In this document: one piece after another, positions 12,165 through 25,835 of the stretch
Layout: every line of letters begins with the position of its first letter
Position numbering within the stretch: the stretch's first letter is position 1
DNA from: Octopus sinensis
Lineage: Eukaryota
Direction of reading: 5' to 3'
DNA: 64,000 nucleotides
Assembly: GCF_006345805.1 (NCBI RefSeq)
Contig: NC_043007.1
Location: forward strand, 29,078,001-29,142,000
The notes under the pieces: model-generated
Told to the model about the DNA's origin: nothing
What the model saw: only the letters and a program-made list of their open reading frames with translations
Database searches by the model: none
Position numbers and translations under genes: made by a program

Positions 12165-12800
12165 AAAAATTAACCATTTTTGCTCTACATGGATGATCTG
12201 AAGCTTTTTAATAAGAATGAAAAAGGGATAGATTCCTTAATACAGACTGTAAGACTCTTCAGTAAAGATACAGGCATGGAATTTGGTATAGATAAGTGTG
12301 CAATATTAGTCATGAGAAGGGGACATGAAAGTCAACAGCAAAGGCAGCCAATCACCAGATTAAAATCATTGAAAGAAGGAGAGGGTTATGAGTATCTAAG
12401 AGTATTAGAATCTGACAGAGTACTAACTACAGAAATGAAAGAGAAAGTTGAGGAGTGCATCATAATAGTGAGGAAGCTAATGAAGTCAAAGAGAAATGGT
12501 TCGAATCTAGTGAAGGCTGTAAATACTTGGGCAGTATCATTGCTTAGATACTCAGCAGCATTTGTAGATTGAACAAAAACTGAATTAGCAAAGCTAAACA
12601 GAAGAACGAGGAAGGAATTCAGTATGAATGGAGGACTCCACTCAAGGGCAGGAGTAGCAATATTATACCAACCTAGAAAGGAAGGTGTAAGAGGGTTAGT
12701 ATCAGTAGAAGACTCAGTGGAGTTAGCTAGAGTAGATATAGACTCCTATGTAGGTAATAGTGAAGAGGGTTTATTAAATGGCTGCTAGAGTCACAGCAAG
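12165..12800 (+). mobile_element. R4/Dong-like LINE reverse transcriptase C-terminal fragment
   Basis: LYMDDLKLF, MEFGIDKCA, YEYLRVLE, NGSNLVKAVNTWAVSLLRYS, and RRTRK...MNGGLHSR...LYQPRKEG.RGL. Confidence 0.8.
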
Positions 12801-13574
12801 ACGTAGGGAGTTCAAAAACCCAAACGAACTTAAAAATCAGGCAAAAAAAATCAGAAATTATCTGACTGACAAGAGAAGTTAAAGTAAAGACATATTTTTA
12901 GCTGAATGAAACATCAGATGACCAAATGTCTTCCTGTGAGGCTGCTTATGATATTAGCACTGGTCACTACAGCATATGAATTATTCAATTGGCTTAACAC
13001 AAAATAGATACATAACATTTTTCTCTGCAAACACATTTATTAATGTCGTATATCAAGACTTGTTAATGTTCCATCCATGAATTATTGTCCAGGCATGTGA
13101 GATCATCATCCAGGCCATAACACAGGCATTTAAGATTGGGTGCCCATGGGAACCCTCATATGTTGATGAATAACAAAGATTTTGCTACTGGAGTAAAAGC
13201 AGGTATTTTAGACTAAATTGAGGATGCTGATTCCGAATCTGCACTCAGAATTGTTCTGGCATGTCAGAATTTTGAGTTATGTGCATGAGCAAGATTATAA
13301 CTATACTTTTGGCTAGATATAGGCTGTATTATAAAATATGCTAAAATGAAAGTGGTTTTAATTCAAAATTAAAGAAATAACAGCAATAAAACAAATGGTG
13401 AGAAAATTAATTATTTAGTTTAGCACCAGATGGCACTGATGTCTTGTGTGCAATGCCAAATATGTCAGTTTGTTCTTGGTAACTCTCAGTGTCTTTTGTG
13501 CTGCCATCATGTGTGCTATGTGTATCTCTCGCTCTGCGTGATAACTGTTTTAACTGCTTTCATTGTGTTAGATC

Positions 13575-14680
13575 ATGAATAGGAGAGGCTGTGTGAATCA
13601 CCCAGACAACTTTTGTTATGTCTGTGGAAAATTTGCTCTGCATGACCAGCAGAGGAACATTGCCACCAAATTAAAAACTGCCTAGAAATATTATTTTGGG
13701 TGTAAAATTGGGGCCCAAGACAAGAGGTGGGCACCTCATATATGCTGCACTTACACAGTGGCTGAATGGAAAACAGAAGGGAATGCCTTTTGATGTACCA
13801 ATGGTATGGTGTGAGCCAACCAATCATGTCTCTGATTGTTACTTTTGCATGACTAATATTAGTGGTTTTACAAAGAAGTCCACAGCCAAAATTTTGTATG
13901 CAGATTGTAAGTTGGCTCTAAAACCAGTCTCACATACCTTTGTAGCATACGCCAAGAACCCTGTCCCAGTTCCCTTCTCACATGCTCCACTTGAAAATCT
14001 TGACACATCACACAATGAACCCCTTGGCTCTCCTATCAACAAAGAGTACATAGTTGATTCTAAGAAAAATGACCCAGGTTAGTTTCATCAAGAAGATTTG
14101 AACGATTTAGTAAGAGACTTAAAATTGTCAAAGGAGAGGGCAGAAATTTTGGGATCCAAACTACAACAACGGAATCTCCTACAGCAGTGTATGAAAATTT
14201 CCATTTTCCATTCTCGCTATAAAGACTTATCTGTCTTTTTCAAGAAAATTATGCTTGTTTCTGTACTGACGTTAATGCATTCATGCAAAATCTAAGGCAT
14301 GTGCATGTGGCTAATGAATGGAGATTGTTTATAGACTCGAGTAAGGTTAGCCTCAAAGCTGTATTGTCACACAATGGTAATGAAAATCCTTCCATTCCTG
14401 TGGGTCATGTTGTCAGTATGGAAGAAACTTATGAATCGATGTAACTCTTTCTGAAAGGAGTTTATTACTCAGTTCATAAGTGAAATATTTGTGGTGATTT
14501 AAAGGTGATTTCCCTCCTCCTAGAACTGCAGTTGGGATTTACCAAAAATATGTGCTTCTTGTGTGTTTGGAATAGCTGCGACAACAGCAATCATTGCACT
14601 GTAAAAGACTGGCCTAAAAGAGAAGAGCGCATGGTTGGTCGGTAGAATGTGCAGCATATGCCACTGGTAGACCATACCTG
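13575..14680 (+). mobile_element. Chapaev(3)-like (CMC superfamily) DNA transposase relic, 3'-truncated
   Basis: MNRRGCVNHPDNFCYVCG, QDKRWAPHIC, PMVWCEPTNHVSDCYFC, LVRDLKLSKERAEILGSKL, EWRLFIDSSKVSLKAVL and ICGDLKVI...CFLCVW, with stops and frameshifts. Family name is from recalled motifs. Confidence 0.7.
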
Positions 14681-14689
14681 TGCTGCTGC

Positions 14690-14860
14690 ATAAAAGCATC
14701 CATTACACTGTGTAAAGTAGTTGGTGTTAGGAAGGGTATCCAGCTATAGAAAACCATGCTAAAACAGACATGGAGCCCACACAGCTCTTTGGCTGACCAG
14801 CTCCAGTATGGAAAACGGACGTTAAATGATGATGGTGATGATGATGATGATGATGATAAT
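14690..14860 (+). mobile_element. RTE-type 3' end (family A), short
   Basis: GTTGGTGTTAGGAAGGGTATCCAGC...GGAAAACGGACGTTAAATGATGATG. Confidence 0.75.
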
Positions 14861-14889
14861 AAAGTATATGTATGTGTATATGTATACAG

Positions 14890-15643
14890 GCTTGAAAGAA
14901 ATGAAGCCAGTATGCTTTGTTAGATGTGCAATGTCAGTGTGCATGTTCAACAGAGTGTAAGCATCTTGAGAGAAAAGTTGAGCCAGATGTGGTGTGCAAG
15001 AGAGAAGACTGCACTGGTATGGTCATGTGAGGCATATGGACGAGGACAGCTGTTTAAAGAAGTGCCAATCTCTAACTGTAGAGGGAACCTGTGGTAGAGA
15101 TAGACCCAGGAAGACATGGGATGAGGTGGTGAAGCATGATCTTCAAACTTTGAATCTCATAGATGCAATGACTGGTGACCAAAACCTTTGATGTGTTGTG
15201 CTTGAGAGGACCAGGTGCACATGTGTTGGTGGCATGTAAAGAACATCTTTTGAACGTTGGACCTCACGGAGGCAAAGTAGCTGAGTTCCTTTCGAGTGCT
15301 GGACCTCACAGAGGCAATGAGTAAGACCTTAGGCATTATATCGTGCTTGAGAAGAAGACCCTTCAAGCTGAGCAAAATCGCAGTTGTGGCAGATTCCGGT
15401 GTCACGCAAATTGGCACCTGTACCAGTGGCACGTAAATACATCCCAGTGTCATGCAAATGGCACCCGCACCAGTGGAACATAAAAGCACTCATTACACTC
15501 TCGGAGTGGTTGGCATTAGGAAGGGCAGCTATAGAAAACCATGCCAAATTAGATTGGGGTCTGGTGCAGCTTTCCAGCGTGCCAGCCCAGTCAATCTGTT
15601 CGACCCATGCCAGTATGGACAATGGACATTAAATGATGATGAT
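14890..15643 (+). mobile_element. 5'-truncated RTE LINE: ORF2 C-terminus, 3' UTR and (GAT)n tail
   Basis: QERRLHWYGHVRHMDEDSCLKKCQSLTVEGTCGRDRPRKTWDEVVKHDL is contiguous with the family A UTR and tail, which ends in (TA)n. Confidence 0.9.
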
Positions 15644-15710
<67 letters not shown>

Positions 15711-15756
15711 CACACATATATATATGTATGTATTAGTCAAGCATGTCTTGACTATA

Positions 15757-15791
<35 letters not shown>

Positions 15792-15848
15792 TGTATGTAT
15801 GTATGTATGTGTGTATGTATGTATGAATGTGGGTGTGTATGTGTGTGG

Positions 15849-15890
<42 letters not shown>

Positions 15891-16248
15891 AATTAGAGAA
15901 AAGCCACTATTATGCAATTCAAACAATAATGGATATAAACCAAATCATAAATAAAAAATAAAATATATTTTAAAACAAATAACTAGATCACAAAAAGTAC
16001 AAAAATGAATAAACAATATATAATAAGGAAAATATTGTTTATTCATTTTTGTACTTTTTTTGATCTAGCTATATGTTTTATAATATATTTTATTTTTTCT
16101 TTATGATTTGGTTTATATCTATCATTGTTTGAATTACATAATAGTGGTTTTTCTCTAATTTATATATATTATATATTTATATTGTGAAATTTGATTTAAT
16201 ACTAAATTGAATTTTTCCCTGTAAGTTTGGAGTTATAATCCCTAGTAT

Positions 16249-16289
<41 letters not shown>

Positions 16290-16429
16290 CATCATCATCA
16301 TCATTGTTTAACATCTGCCTTCCATGCTAGGGTGCGATGGGTAAATTGTTGCCATTTTATATTTCTAATTTGGTGCTTGGACATTGGTTTTTTTCTTTTA
16401 TTTTGTTGACTACACATTATAGTAGGGTC

Positions 16430-17217
16430 AGCTGGGCACTGTCTGTGAGAAAAACACACCATGATGCAATTCCCTCTGCCAGAAATTTGGAAACAACTTG
16501 CTGTACTGCTTGGCATTCATGCCGGAAGCTCCAATACAAACACTTCAGAGTATTTGGGTGTCAATCTGAGGAAAGTGCAATCTGAAAACATATACCAAGA
16601 GTGATAAAAATCAGAAATCTAGTCAACATCATGGTGTTTGGAGTGATCACTAATGATGGCGATGTTATGCCTGCATTCATCTTACCACACAGCCTCACAC
16701 TCAACACGGAGGCCTACATCAAGTGGCTGGAGGAGGTAGTGCTGCCCTGAGTCAAGAGAGTGACTGGTGGAAGACCCTATATCTAGCAACAGGACTCTGC
16801 ACCATGCCACACAAGCAGGAGAACCTAGTCATAACTGTCAGACAATTTCTGCAACCACATCACCCCTAACATCTGGCCACCTAACTCCCCAGACTGCAGT
16901 CCCCTTGATTAATACATGTGAGGCACAGTTGAGCAAGAGACCAACAAAACTCCTTGTAATACCAAAGATGAACTGAAGGCAAGGATTATGGCAGCATTCA
17001 CCAACTTAAGCAAGGAGACCGTCCAGAAGAGTTGTAGGAGATTCCGAAGTCATCTGGAGGCCAGGGTTGAAGCCAAATAGCAATTTTATTGAATAAATTT
17101 ACTCTTTAGTATTTAAAGATATTTTTATGTAATTTTGGTAAATATATCTGTTAAAATGAGATGTCTGTTATTTTCATTTTTGCATAATTTAGACGACAAT
17201 TTATTCACCAGACCCTG
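16430..17217 (+). mobile_element. Tc1/mariner DD37D (maT-type) element, internally deleted
   Basis: IMVFGVITNDG...QQDSAPCHTS...WPPNSPDCSPLD with 37 residues between the second and third D. Right end ...CACCAGACCCTG followed by TA. Confidence 0.8.
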
Positions 17218-17619
17218 TATATAGGCTTCACAGAAAAATATTAGTTGAGTTCGTAGTGTAAAAAGAGATTACATAAATGATAATGGAATAAGGAATTATG
17301 TCATGGACTTCATTAGCTTACAACTGTTTCAGTGATAAGATGCAATGCACTGATGGTGAAGTGCTTGTATGTCACCTTTTAGCTTTCTCAGAGTGGATTT
17401 TCCGCTCAAACTCGATTTGCATTTTGGTGATGTTTCCCAAATATATAAATGCTTTCCTAAATAAAACTGAATTTCACTTTTGTAGCTCTGATGAAGCTAT
17501 AAAATCATGCAGAAGCACTCCACTATGAGTGCATTGCATCTTATACCAGAAACAGCTTTAAGCTAATGAAGTTCATTACATAATGTCTTATTCTCTTGTC
17601 ATATTTAGTTTCTGATATT

Positions 17620-18020
<401 letters not shown>

Positions 18021-18272
18021 GTGAGGGAAGGAGTGGAAAGCGAGCGAGTAATAGAGTGGTGAGAGTAAGAGTTGGTTGTTGTGTGTTTTTTAACGGGGGA
18101 CAAGTGGCATTGTGACCGTGTGGCGAGCCTCGCTGTGGTGTGAGATCAAAAAGTGAGCCTGCTATGGCGTTTATTTAGGGCGATGAACATTTCTGGTCCA
18201 ACTTGTTTCACATCGATTCAACTACAACAACAACATCAACATCAACATCATCTTCTGTAGAACACAAGAAAG

Positions 18273-18377
18273 ATGTCGAGAGCTTTGGTACCCAGTCAGC
18301 AGAAGATTGCTGAGAAACTCACCATCCTAAATGATCGCGCAAATGGGATGCTTATTCGGATCTACAACATCAAAAAG
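18273..18377 (+). CDS. NCKAP1: NCKAP1/Nap1/Hem coding exon 1 ([35 protein letters not shown])
   Basis: Near-identical to the recalled NCKAP1 N-terminus ([29 protein letters not shown]). Donor AAG|GTTCGC, phase 0. Confidence 0.97.
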
Positions 18378-18838
18378 GTTCGCCACGACTCCCTTCACGT
18401 CTCGCCTTTATTTTCGTTCTCTCTCTCTCTCACTTGCCTCGTCGGCCCTTCGTTTACAATTCCACTTACATCTTCTACAATATATATATATAAATCATTT
18501 CCTTCCTTATCTTTCCTCTCTCTTCGCTTCCATTCCTTTCCTCTCACGTCTCTCCTTTCTTCTTCTTCTCTCTTTTAATTCTTCTTCTTCTCTCATCGTC
18601 TCCCTTCTGTCATCTGCTTCCTTCATAAATGTCCTTCCTGTTCCCCTTTTATTTTAATCAAACACCTAACGACATTCTCTCCAGATATCTTCCAAGAATT
18701 CGTTTTATGAAAATTGTTTTCAGTTGTCGACCATCCTTTATTTTCACACGAAAACCTCTTCTTCGCCTTCTTTCTCTTTCTCTCACTGCGCCCCTCCTCC
18801 TCCCCCCTCCTACCCTCGCCTTCTACACACACACACAC

Positions 18839-18898
<60 letters not shown>

Positions 18899-19012
18899 CA
18901 TATATATGTATATATATATATATATGTGTGTGTGTGTAAGCATATATATATATATATATATATATACATATTTATGTATGCATACATCTATATGTACATG
19001 TCTGTATAAAAA

Positions 19013-19043
<31 letters not shown>

Positions 19044-20579
19044 TGTGTGTGTGTGTAGATAGCTAAATATGCATAGATAGATAGATAGATAAAAAACCGC
19101 ACTTGCCGAAACTTCGAAATAGCTGTCTTACACACACACACAGATTTACGTGTGTGTGTGTTTGCGTGTGAATATATACACACACACACACACATGCATA
19201 CACACAAAAAGCGATCTCTCCTTTCCTCTCTTCCCTTACACATTCATGTTAAATACATCAGATTTATTTATTTTTTGTGTCCAGAATTTATCCAACTCTG
19301 CCGACCGTTCGTTACTTCTCTGTTTTTATAATCTCCATCATCATCATCATCATCGTCATCACTATCCCCATCATCATCTCTCTCTAATCATCACGATGGA
19401 TTTGCTTCAGTTCGATCGCTGCTCTTTCAGTCTTCATCAAACTCTCAGCTTGTCTTCTGTCATTTGCTTTGTCTGTTTATATAAAATGTATTTTAATATT
19501 GTTATTTCTCTGGTGTTAGCTCAAAAATGGTTGTGTGTGTGTGTGTGTGTGTGGAGGTTACCCGAAAAGATTTCAATGATAATGACATTAATAATGCAGA
19601 TAATATTAAATAAATAAAAAACAGTCGAGTAAATATTATTGTCTCATTATTTACTGTACAAAATTCTGCAAAATGGAATATTTAATTAACCTAGTCTAAA
19701 TATTATACACACATATGTACACACACACACATATATATATATTCTCTCTCTCTCTCTCTCACACGTTTATATATGCATGTATACAAAGATTCATTTATGT
19801 ATGCATACATCTATATGTACATGTCTATAAAAATGTGTGTGTGTGTATATATATTATATATAATTTTTTTATCGAGAGTGTATATGTATATGTCCACCCC
19901 CATGTGTGTGTGTGTGTATAGTCATAGCTTGATCGTGTACGTATATACACACACACCCTCACCTATGTGTGTGTGTGTGTGCAGTCTTAATAATCTATTC
20001 TCTGATAAATCTTCTCCAAGACAAATGTCGGTGTAAAGATTCCTTTCCGTTGTTACCAAAATGTTGATATCTCTCTAAACCTTGATTGGTCTTCAACAAA
20101 ACCAAGCAGGAGACAGCAGTTCTAGTCGATATCAAAACCATTTCTATAAACTTCCATACCCAATCCGCCACACTCACTCCACAAACTGGCAAAATACAAT
20201 TCCTTCTCTTCCTCCTTCTTTGCTCCACCATCGTCGTCATCGTCATTATTATTATTATTATTATTATTTTATTATTATTATTATTATTATTATTATCATT
20301 ATTATCATTATTATATATCTATATCTCTCTCTCTATATATATATTTCTATTTTGTCATTTGTATTTTTAAAATGATTTCCTCGATTGCGTGGGTGGTTGT
20401 TCGATTTTTCTCTCCCAGATCTTCCAAACAAACCCACTTCATTTCCAACTTTTACATCCTTTTCTCTCTCACATTATTATTTGCTCGATTTTAAAAATTA
20501 TTATTTAATAACCTGCCAAATACACTTCAGATCGCCGCGTATTTTGCTTCTATTTTTATTATTATTTTTATAAACTTCC

Positions 20580-20639
<60 letters not shown>

Positions 20640-21567
20640 ACACACACACACACACATTTATATTTGTATCAGTTTTCTCGTTGTGTTTTTTCTTTCTGTC
20701 TTGTAGTTGTTGTTACGTCATTTTGGTGAGGCAACACCCAAACTTAGACATTTTTGGTTCCGTAACTCTGAGTCTCACATACCACCTGCTACTCTGTTTC
20801 TAACCTCTCTTCTAATTTCTTTAGTTACACATATATATATGCGTGTGTGTGTACACACACATATAAATAGAATATTAGCATTCATTCGTACACATTTCAC
20901 ATATCTTCGTGTGTGTGTGTGTTAGTATTGTTGTGGTATGTCATTAGTCTGCTGCACATTAAAGAATTTCGGAACAACGGCTTCATTAAAAATACGAAAC
21001 AGATGTTCTGGGATCATAAGAACTAAGAAATAGTAGTGCTGTCGCTATTTCTGGTTGCATCATTATCGCAACCATGATGATGATAGCGATGGTGATGATG
21101 ATGATGGTTTGTGGCAGTAAGAATACTCTTTATAATCCGCATCTATAAATTGAATATATTAGGATGTCTCACTTCTTTCGTTGTTGTTTAGCCCCGATTG
21201 AACGTTCCAGAGGTGACCACTCTGTCCTTTAAAGAGACTAGGTGGGTCTTTGAGTGAGATTTGACTGTTATTTTTGGTAGGTTTATCGACCGCGTCCACA
21301 CTTCCTCGTTATTTTAATGCCGATATTACAGTTATGTTGGTGATATCTCTTTGATATTACAGCTACATTAATATCTATTTGATATTGCTGTTATGCTGAT
21401 AATATCAATTTAATATTACAGTTATCTTGATATCTGTTTTATATTAATATCCTTTTAATATCGCAGGTATATTAATGTTTTATAATATTACAGTTATATT
21501 GATATTTGTTTAATATTACAATTATATTGAGGATATCTGTCAGCTTCTGTGCAGCTGTAGCCACAGA

Positions 21568-21700
21568 TGCAGACGTGTCTGTGTGGTTAGGAATTTTACT
21601 TCTCAATCACATGGCTTTAAGGGTGCATTGGACAAGTGTCTACTATAACCCCAGCCTGATCAATGCCTTCTGACGAAAACTGAGAGAAGCCCACCGTGAG
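21568..21700 (+). mobile_element. tRNA-derived SINE head (family C), degenerate
   Basis: GTGGTTAGGAA...GGACAAGTGTCTACTATAACCCC...GAAAACTGAGAGAAGCCC. Related heads lie at 26520-26690 (-) and 63860-64000 (+). Confidence 0.65.
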
Positions 21701-24466
21701 TGTACACACACATCACTGTGTTGACCAGACTATCGGATGATGTTTTACACCGCTGATCACAGTGTGCTTCCTCACATTGTCGTAACTTTCGAATGATCTT
21801 TCACCACAAGCTTGTGGGGCAGACCAACATTACCCGTGAACAGAATGCCAGACCGTTGCAGCGTTGCCCAGTTACAGCTGGATGGACTGGAGCAATGTGG
21901 AATGAAGTGTTTTGCTCAAGAACACAATGCATCACTCAGTCTGGGAATTGAAACCATAATCTTGCAATTGTGAATGCAACACCGTAACCACTAGGCCTTG
22001 CACCTACAAACATATATACACTTACATATATGTGTGTGTGAATATTTCCAAGGCTCTGCTTGGCTAATGTCCTCCTCACTTGCCACTCAACTACAAACAG
22101 TGACATTCCACCGTTTGTGGCTCGGCCGCAACTGGTGAAGTCTGTTGGCATTTCCTGTGAATAAATCATCCATTAATCTCTGCACTTTCGAATCTCTTTG
22201 GTTGAAAAAAAGGTAAAGGTTAGTGACAGGAAGGGCATCCTACCTCAATTACCTTTCGTCTAAGCCATGCTAACAAGGAAAAACAGACATTACACAAACA
22301 AATGAAGGAACTGATATAACGGGAATAAGGGTTTGGGTTTGTCTTCCCACAGTTTTTGTGATTTTTAATTTTTTTTAAAATAATTATAGAATAATTAAAT
22401 TAATGTAAGACACACAGTCTCTTAAATGTTATTCTTAGTTGTACTAAAAGAAATTAGTGACTGTATTAGCACAATGTAGACATATGGTAGATGAACAGGC
22501 GGGTGTGTAGGTGGGTGCTTGACCTGTTATCAAGTCTGTTGTGTCTCAGATTTGTTTTCTACTTTGTATCTTCCTTCTTTACAACAATCTGTGTCCATCC
22601 ATTTCTACACAGATGGCACCATCCTTCACACTGCCCTAACTGCCAAGCACCTTCTACATGCAAACTAAGCACTTCACATCAGCCATTCTTAATCATTACA
22701 CACATAGAAAAATAAAGTCCCACTCCAGCCCTTCTGAATATAAACTGTAGACCACAACCAGAGCCCTCAAGGCCTTCTACCTCAGCCTCATTGAGGAGCT
22801 TTCTTGGTAAACACAAACACTGACTTTCCTCTACAGAGCCAGAAGATATTTCATCCCACAACAATTACTAATGACACTACAAATCCCGGCTGATATCCAC
22901 AGTGGTGTGTTGTTGTTACTGTTGATAGTCACACACAACACACACTAGATTTCATAAAAAAAGGGGCTCTTTGAATGGTTTTTAAAAATGGATCACAACA
23001 CATTCCACATCTGACTCACAAACATACTGTCCCATCTCTCTGTCTTTTTCTTTTGTTACCATAGTGATGCTCCCAGCTCACCTGGCTTTCCTCCTCCTCC
23101 TCCTCCTCTTATTCCCCATCACACTCTCCATTGATCTCACTGGTCTCAGAGGACTCCCGATCATCATCAGCATGGTTTTTTTTTTCTTTAGACCTGTCAT
23201 GGGTAGACTGCAGCCCTCAGGACTTTCTGAATGACATGCTAAATGAAAGAATTACTTTGAATGTTTTTGAGTAGTGCAGCCCACCTGATGGCGAGCCATG
23301 CCTCATGCAACCTGCTTCTTGGAAAAGGTTGCCCAGATGCAATTTTCACCAAACTGAAAAGAAACTTGCCAAATCTCCTTCTATACTCCTAGAACTCTTA
23401 TATCGTGCTAGAGACATTATGTAGCAAAGCTAGATGGTTGTGGTTTGTTCTGTGTTGATCCTAAGTCTACCTAATCAGAACAGATCTGTGGTTAAACAAC
23501 AGCAATGACAAATCACAGATATTCTTTTCTCTGTGTAAAACAGGATACTCTAGATTAACTACCATCTTCTTACTTTATCAAGACTAAATCTTCAAATATT
23601 TTTACATTCTTTATGTTTGTTCTCTCAATACTTACAACTTTATTCAGAAGCTGCAGGATAAAGTAGTTTTAGTGAAGGGCATCGTGCTTTGCTATTTACT
23701 CTTTTCTGTGAAATAATCAGTTTGTTTTGTTCTCGTTAATGTTTTTGTTTGCACCTTTATTTACTGCAAGCATCTGAAATATCATTAACACCTGGCAGCG
23801 TTGCACTAATGAATGTCTGATGTCTTTTGAAGTAATCACTTCAGTCTGAAATATTGCTTGTGAAAACAGGTTGTTTCCCGGCTGAATACATTTGTTCTGT
23901 TTAATACATTACATCAACAAGGGGTCTTCTATGTGTTTGGAAGACTTGCTAGAAATATCAGCCAATTTCCCTCAAGTCACACTTTGCTATGTTAGAAAAG
24001 GAAATACATATTAGAGGGTGCAGTCCATCAGAAATCAATGGAATGGTCACAGCTGGAATGGCTTTGGTTATTGGTCTGTCTGATCAAGACTACCTAAACA
24101 ACAATTTATTGACACTAAATGCTGGACTGCATTTAAATCCATTAATTCGTCCTAAATGACCATTTGCCTATTAAATATTTTACTTAATCCACTCTCCCTG
24201 GCAATTACTGAACACTGACCAAACCCACCTCACCCAAATAGACACTGCTCTACCCCTTCTTTCACATTCAGAAATAAAATAAGCTCTATTATGTTTATTA
24301 TATAGCTGTAGTGAGTTCAAATCCTGCTACGGTCAACTTTATCTTTCATCCTTCAAGAGCTGATACAATAAAAATGAATCCTGTCCCAGGCTTCATTTAA
24401 TCAATTACATCTTTGCTTAATTGGGTGGCTTTGGGATTTTGCTATCAATAATGATAATGGTGAAGG

Positions 24467-24497
<31 letters not shown>

Positions 24498-24504
24498 GAT
24501 AATG

Positions 24505-25835
24505 GTTTCAAATTTTTGCACAAGGCCAGCAAGTTTGGGAGAGGGGCAAGACCCCAGTGTTTATCTGGTACTTATTTTGTTGACCCCCAAAAGGATGAAA
24601 GGCAAAGTTGACCTTGGTGGAATTTGAACTCAAAATCTAAAGATGGACAAAATGCTGCTAATTGTTTTGCCCAGCATGCTAACAACTCTGCCAGCTGACC
24701 ACTTTAATAATAATAATAATAATATTAAGTTTGCATAATATATGTGACACATAAAAGGCATCCATGCTGGTGACACGTAAAAGGCACTGGTACACTGTGT
24801 GGAGTGGTTGGCATTAGGAAAGGCATCCAACCATAGAAACCAAGCCAAAACAGACTGGAGCCTGGTGCAGCTCTTTGACTTTCCAGTTCCAGTCAAACTG
24901 TCTAACCTATGCCAGCATGGAAAAAAGTACCAGTCACATACTGGAGTCAGTGTAATTGGCTAACAATCTCCCTCTAAAATGCCTGCTCCTCTGCTTCAGT
25001 AACATTATTATTATTATTATTATTATTAAGGCGGTGAGTTGGCCGAATTGTTAGCATGCCAGGCAAAATGCTTAGCAGCATTTCATCTACCTTTATGTTC
25101 TGAGTTCAAATTCCCCTGGGGTCGACTCTGCCTCTCACCCTTTCAGGGTTGATGAAATAAGTACCAGTTATGCACTGGGATCAATGTAATCGACCACTTG
25201 TTTCCACCCCCAAATTTCAGGCCTTGTGCCTTTAGCAGAAAGGATTATTATTATTATTTAACTGATCAATGGCATAGTCACCAAAGCACTGGGCAGACTG
25301 TCTTACCTTGTTTAGTTACAGTCTTCTATGTTCTGAGCTCAAATCTCACTGCGGTCAACTCTGCACTTTAAGGTTGATAACATAAATAATAATAAAGGCT
25401 CAATTTATTTGACCCCCATATTCTTCCCAAAATTTCTGCCCTTGTTCCTGTGTTAGAAACCCTTTGATTTTTTTTCAGTTCTGTCAAAACCAACGAACTA
25501 ACTTACAACTAGTTTTTACTGAACGTTCTTCCTCACACTCCATAAAAGGTGTGCAAGGGAGGGCTGTGGCGTTGTTGATCCATCTCATAACAACAATGGT
25601 GACCTTCATGTTTTAATAATAGCTTTGTTGTTCTTAATATTAGCATGTGGGGCAAAGTGCTTAGCCGGATTTTGTCTGTCTTTATGGTCTGAGTTCAAAT
25701 TCCACCAAGGTTGACTTTGCCTTTCATCCTTTTGCAGGTTGATAAAATAAGTACCAGTCAGGCACTGGGCTCAAAGTAATTGACTTAACCCCTTTCTCCA
25801 AAATTTTTGGCCCTGTGCCAAAATTTGAAACCATT
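24505..25835. mobile_element. SINE cluster: family B (-) ~24505-24705, RTE tail (+) ~24750-24920, family B (+) ~25028-25245, ~25270-25460 and ~25640-25835
   Basis: Repeated GAGTTCAAATTCC...GGTCGACTTTGCCTTTCATCC...AAGTACCAG motif in both orientations, next to (ATT)n/(AAT)n tracts. Confidence 0.85.

Noticed and set aside
18971-19850. ~55-bp segment repeated at 18971-19028 and 19794-19850
   Set aside because: A real match, but low-complexity TA/TG-rich sequence between microsatellites; most likely a local slippage or conversion product.
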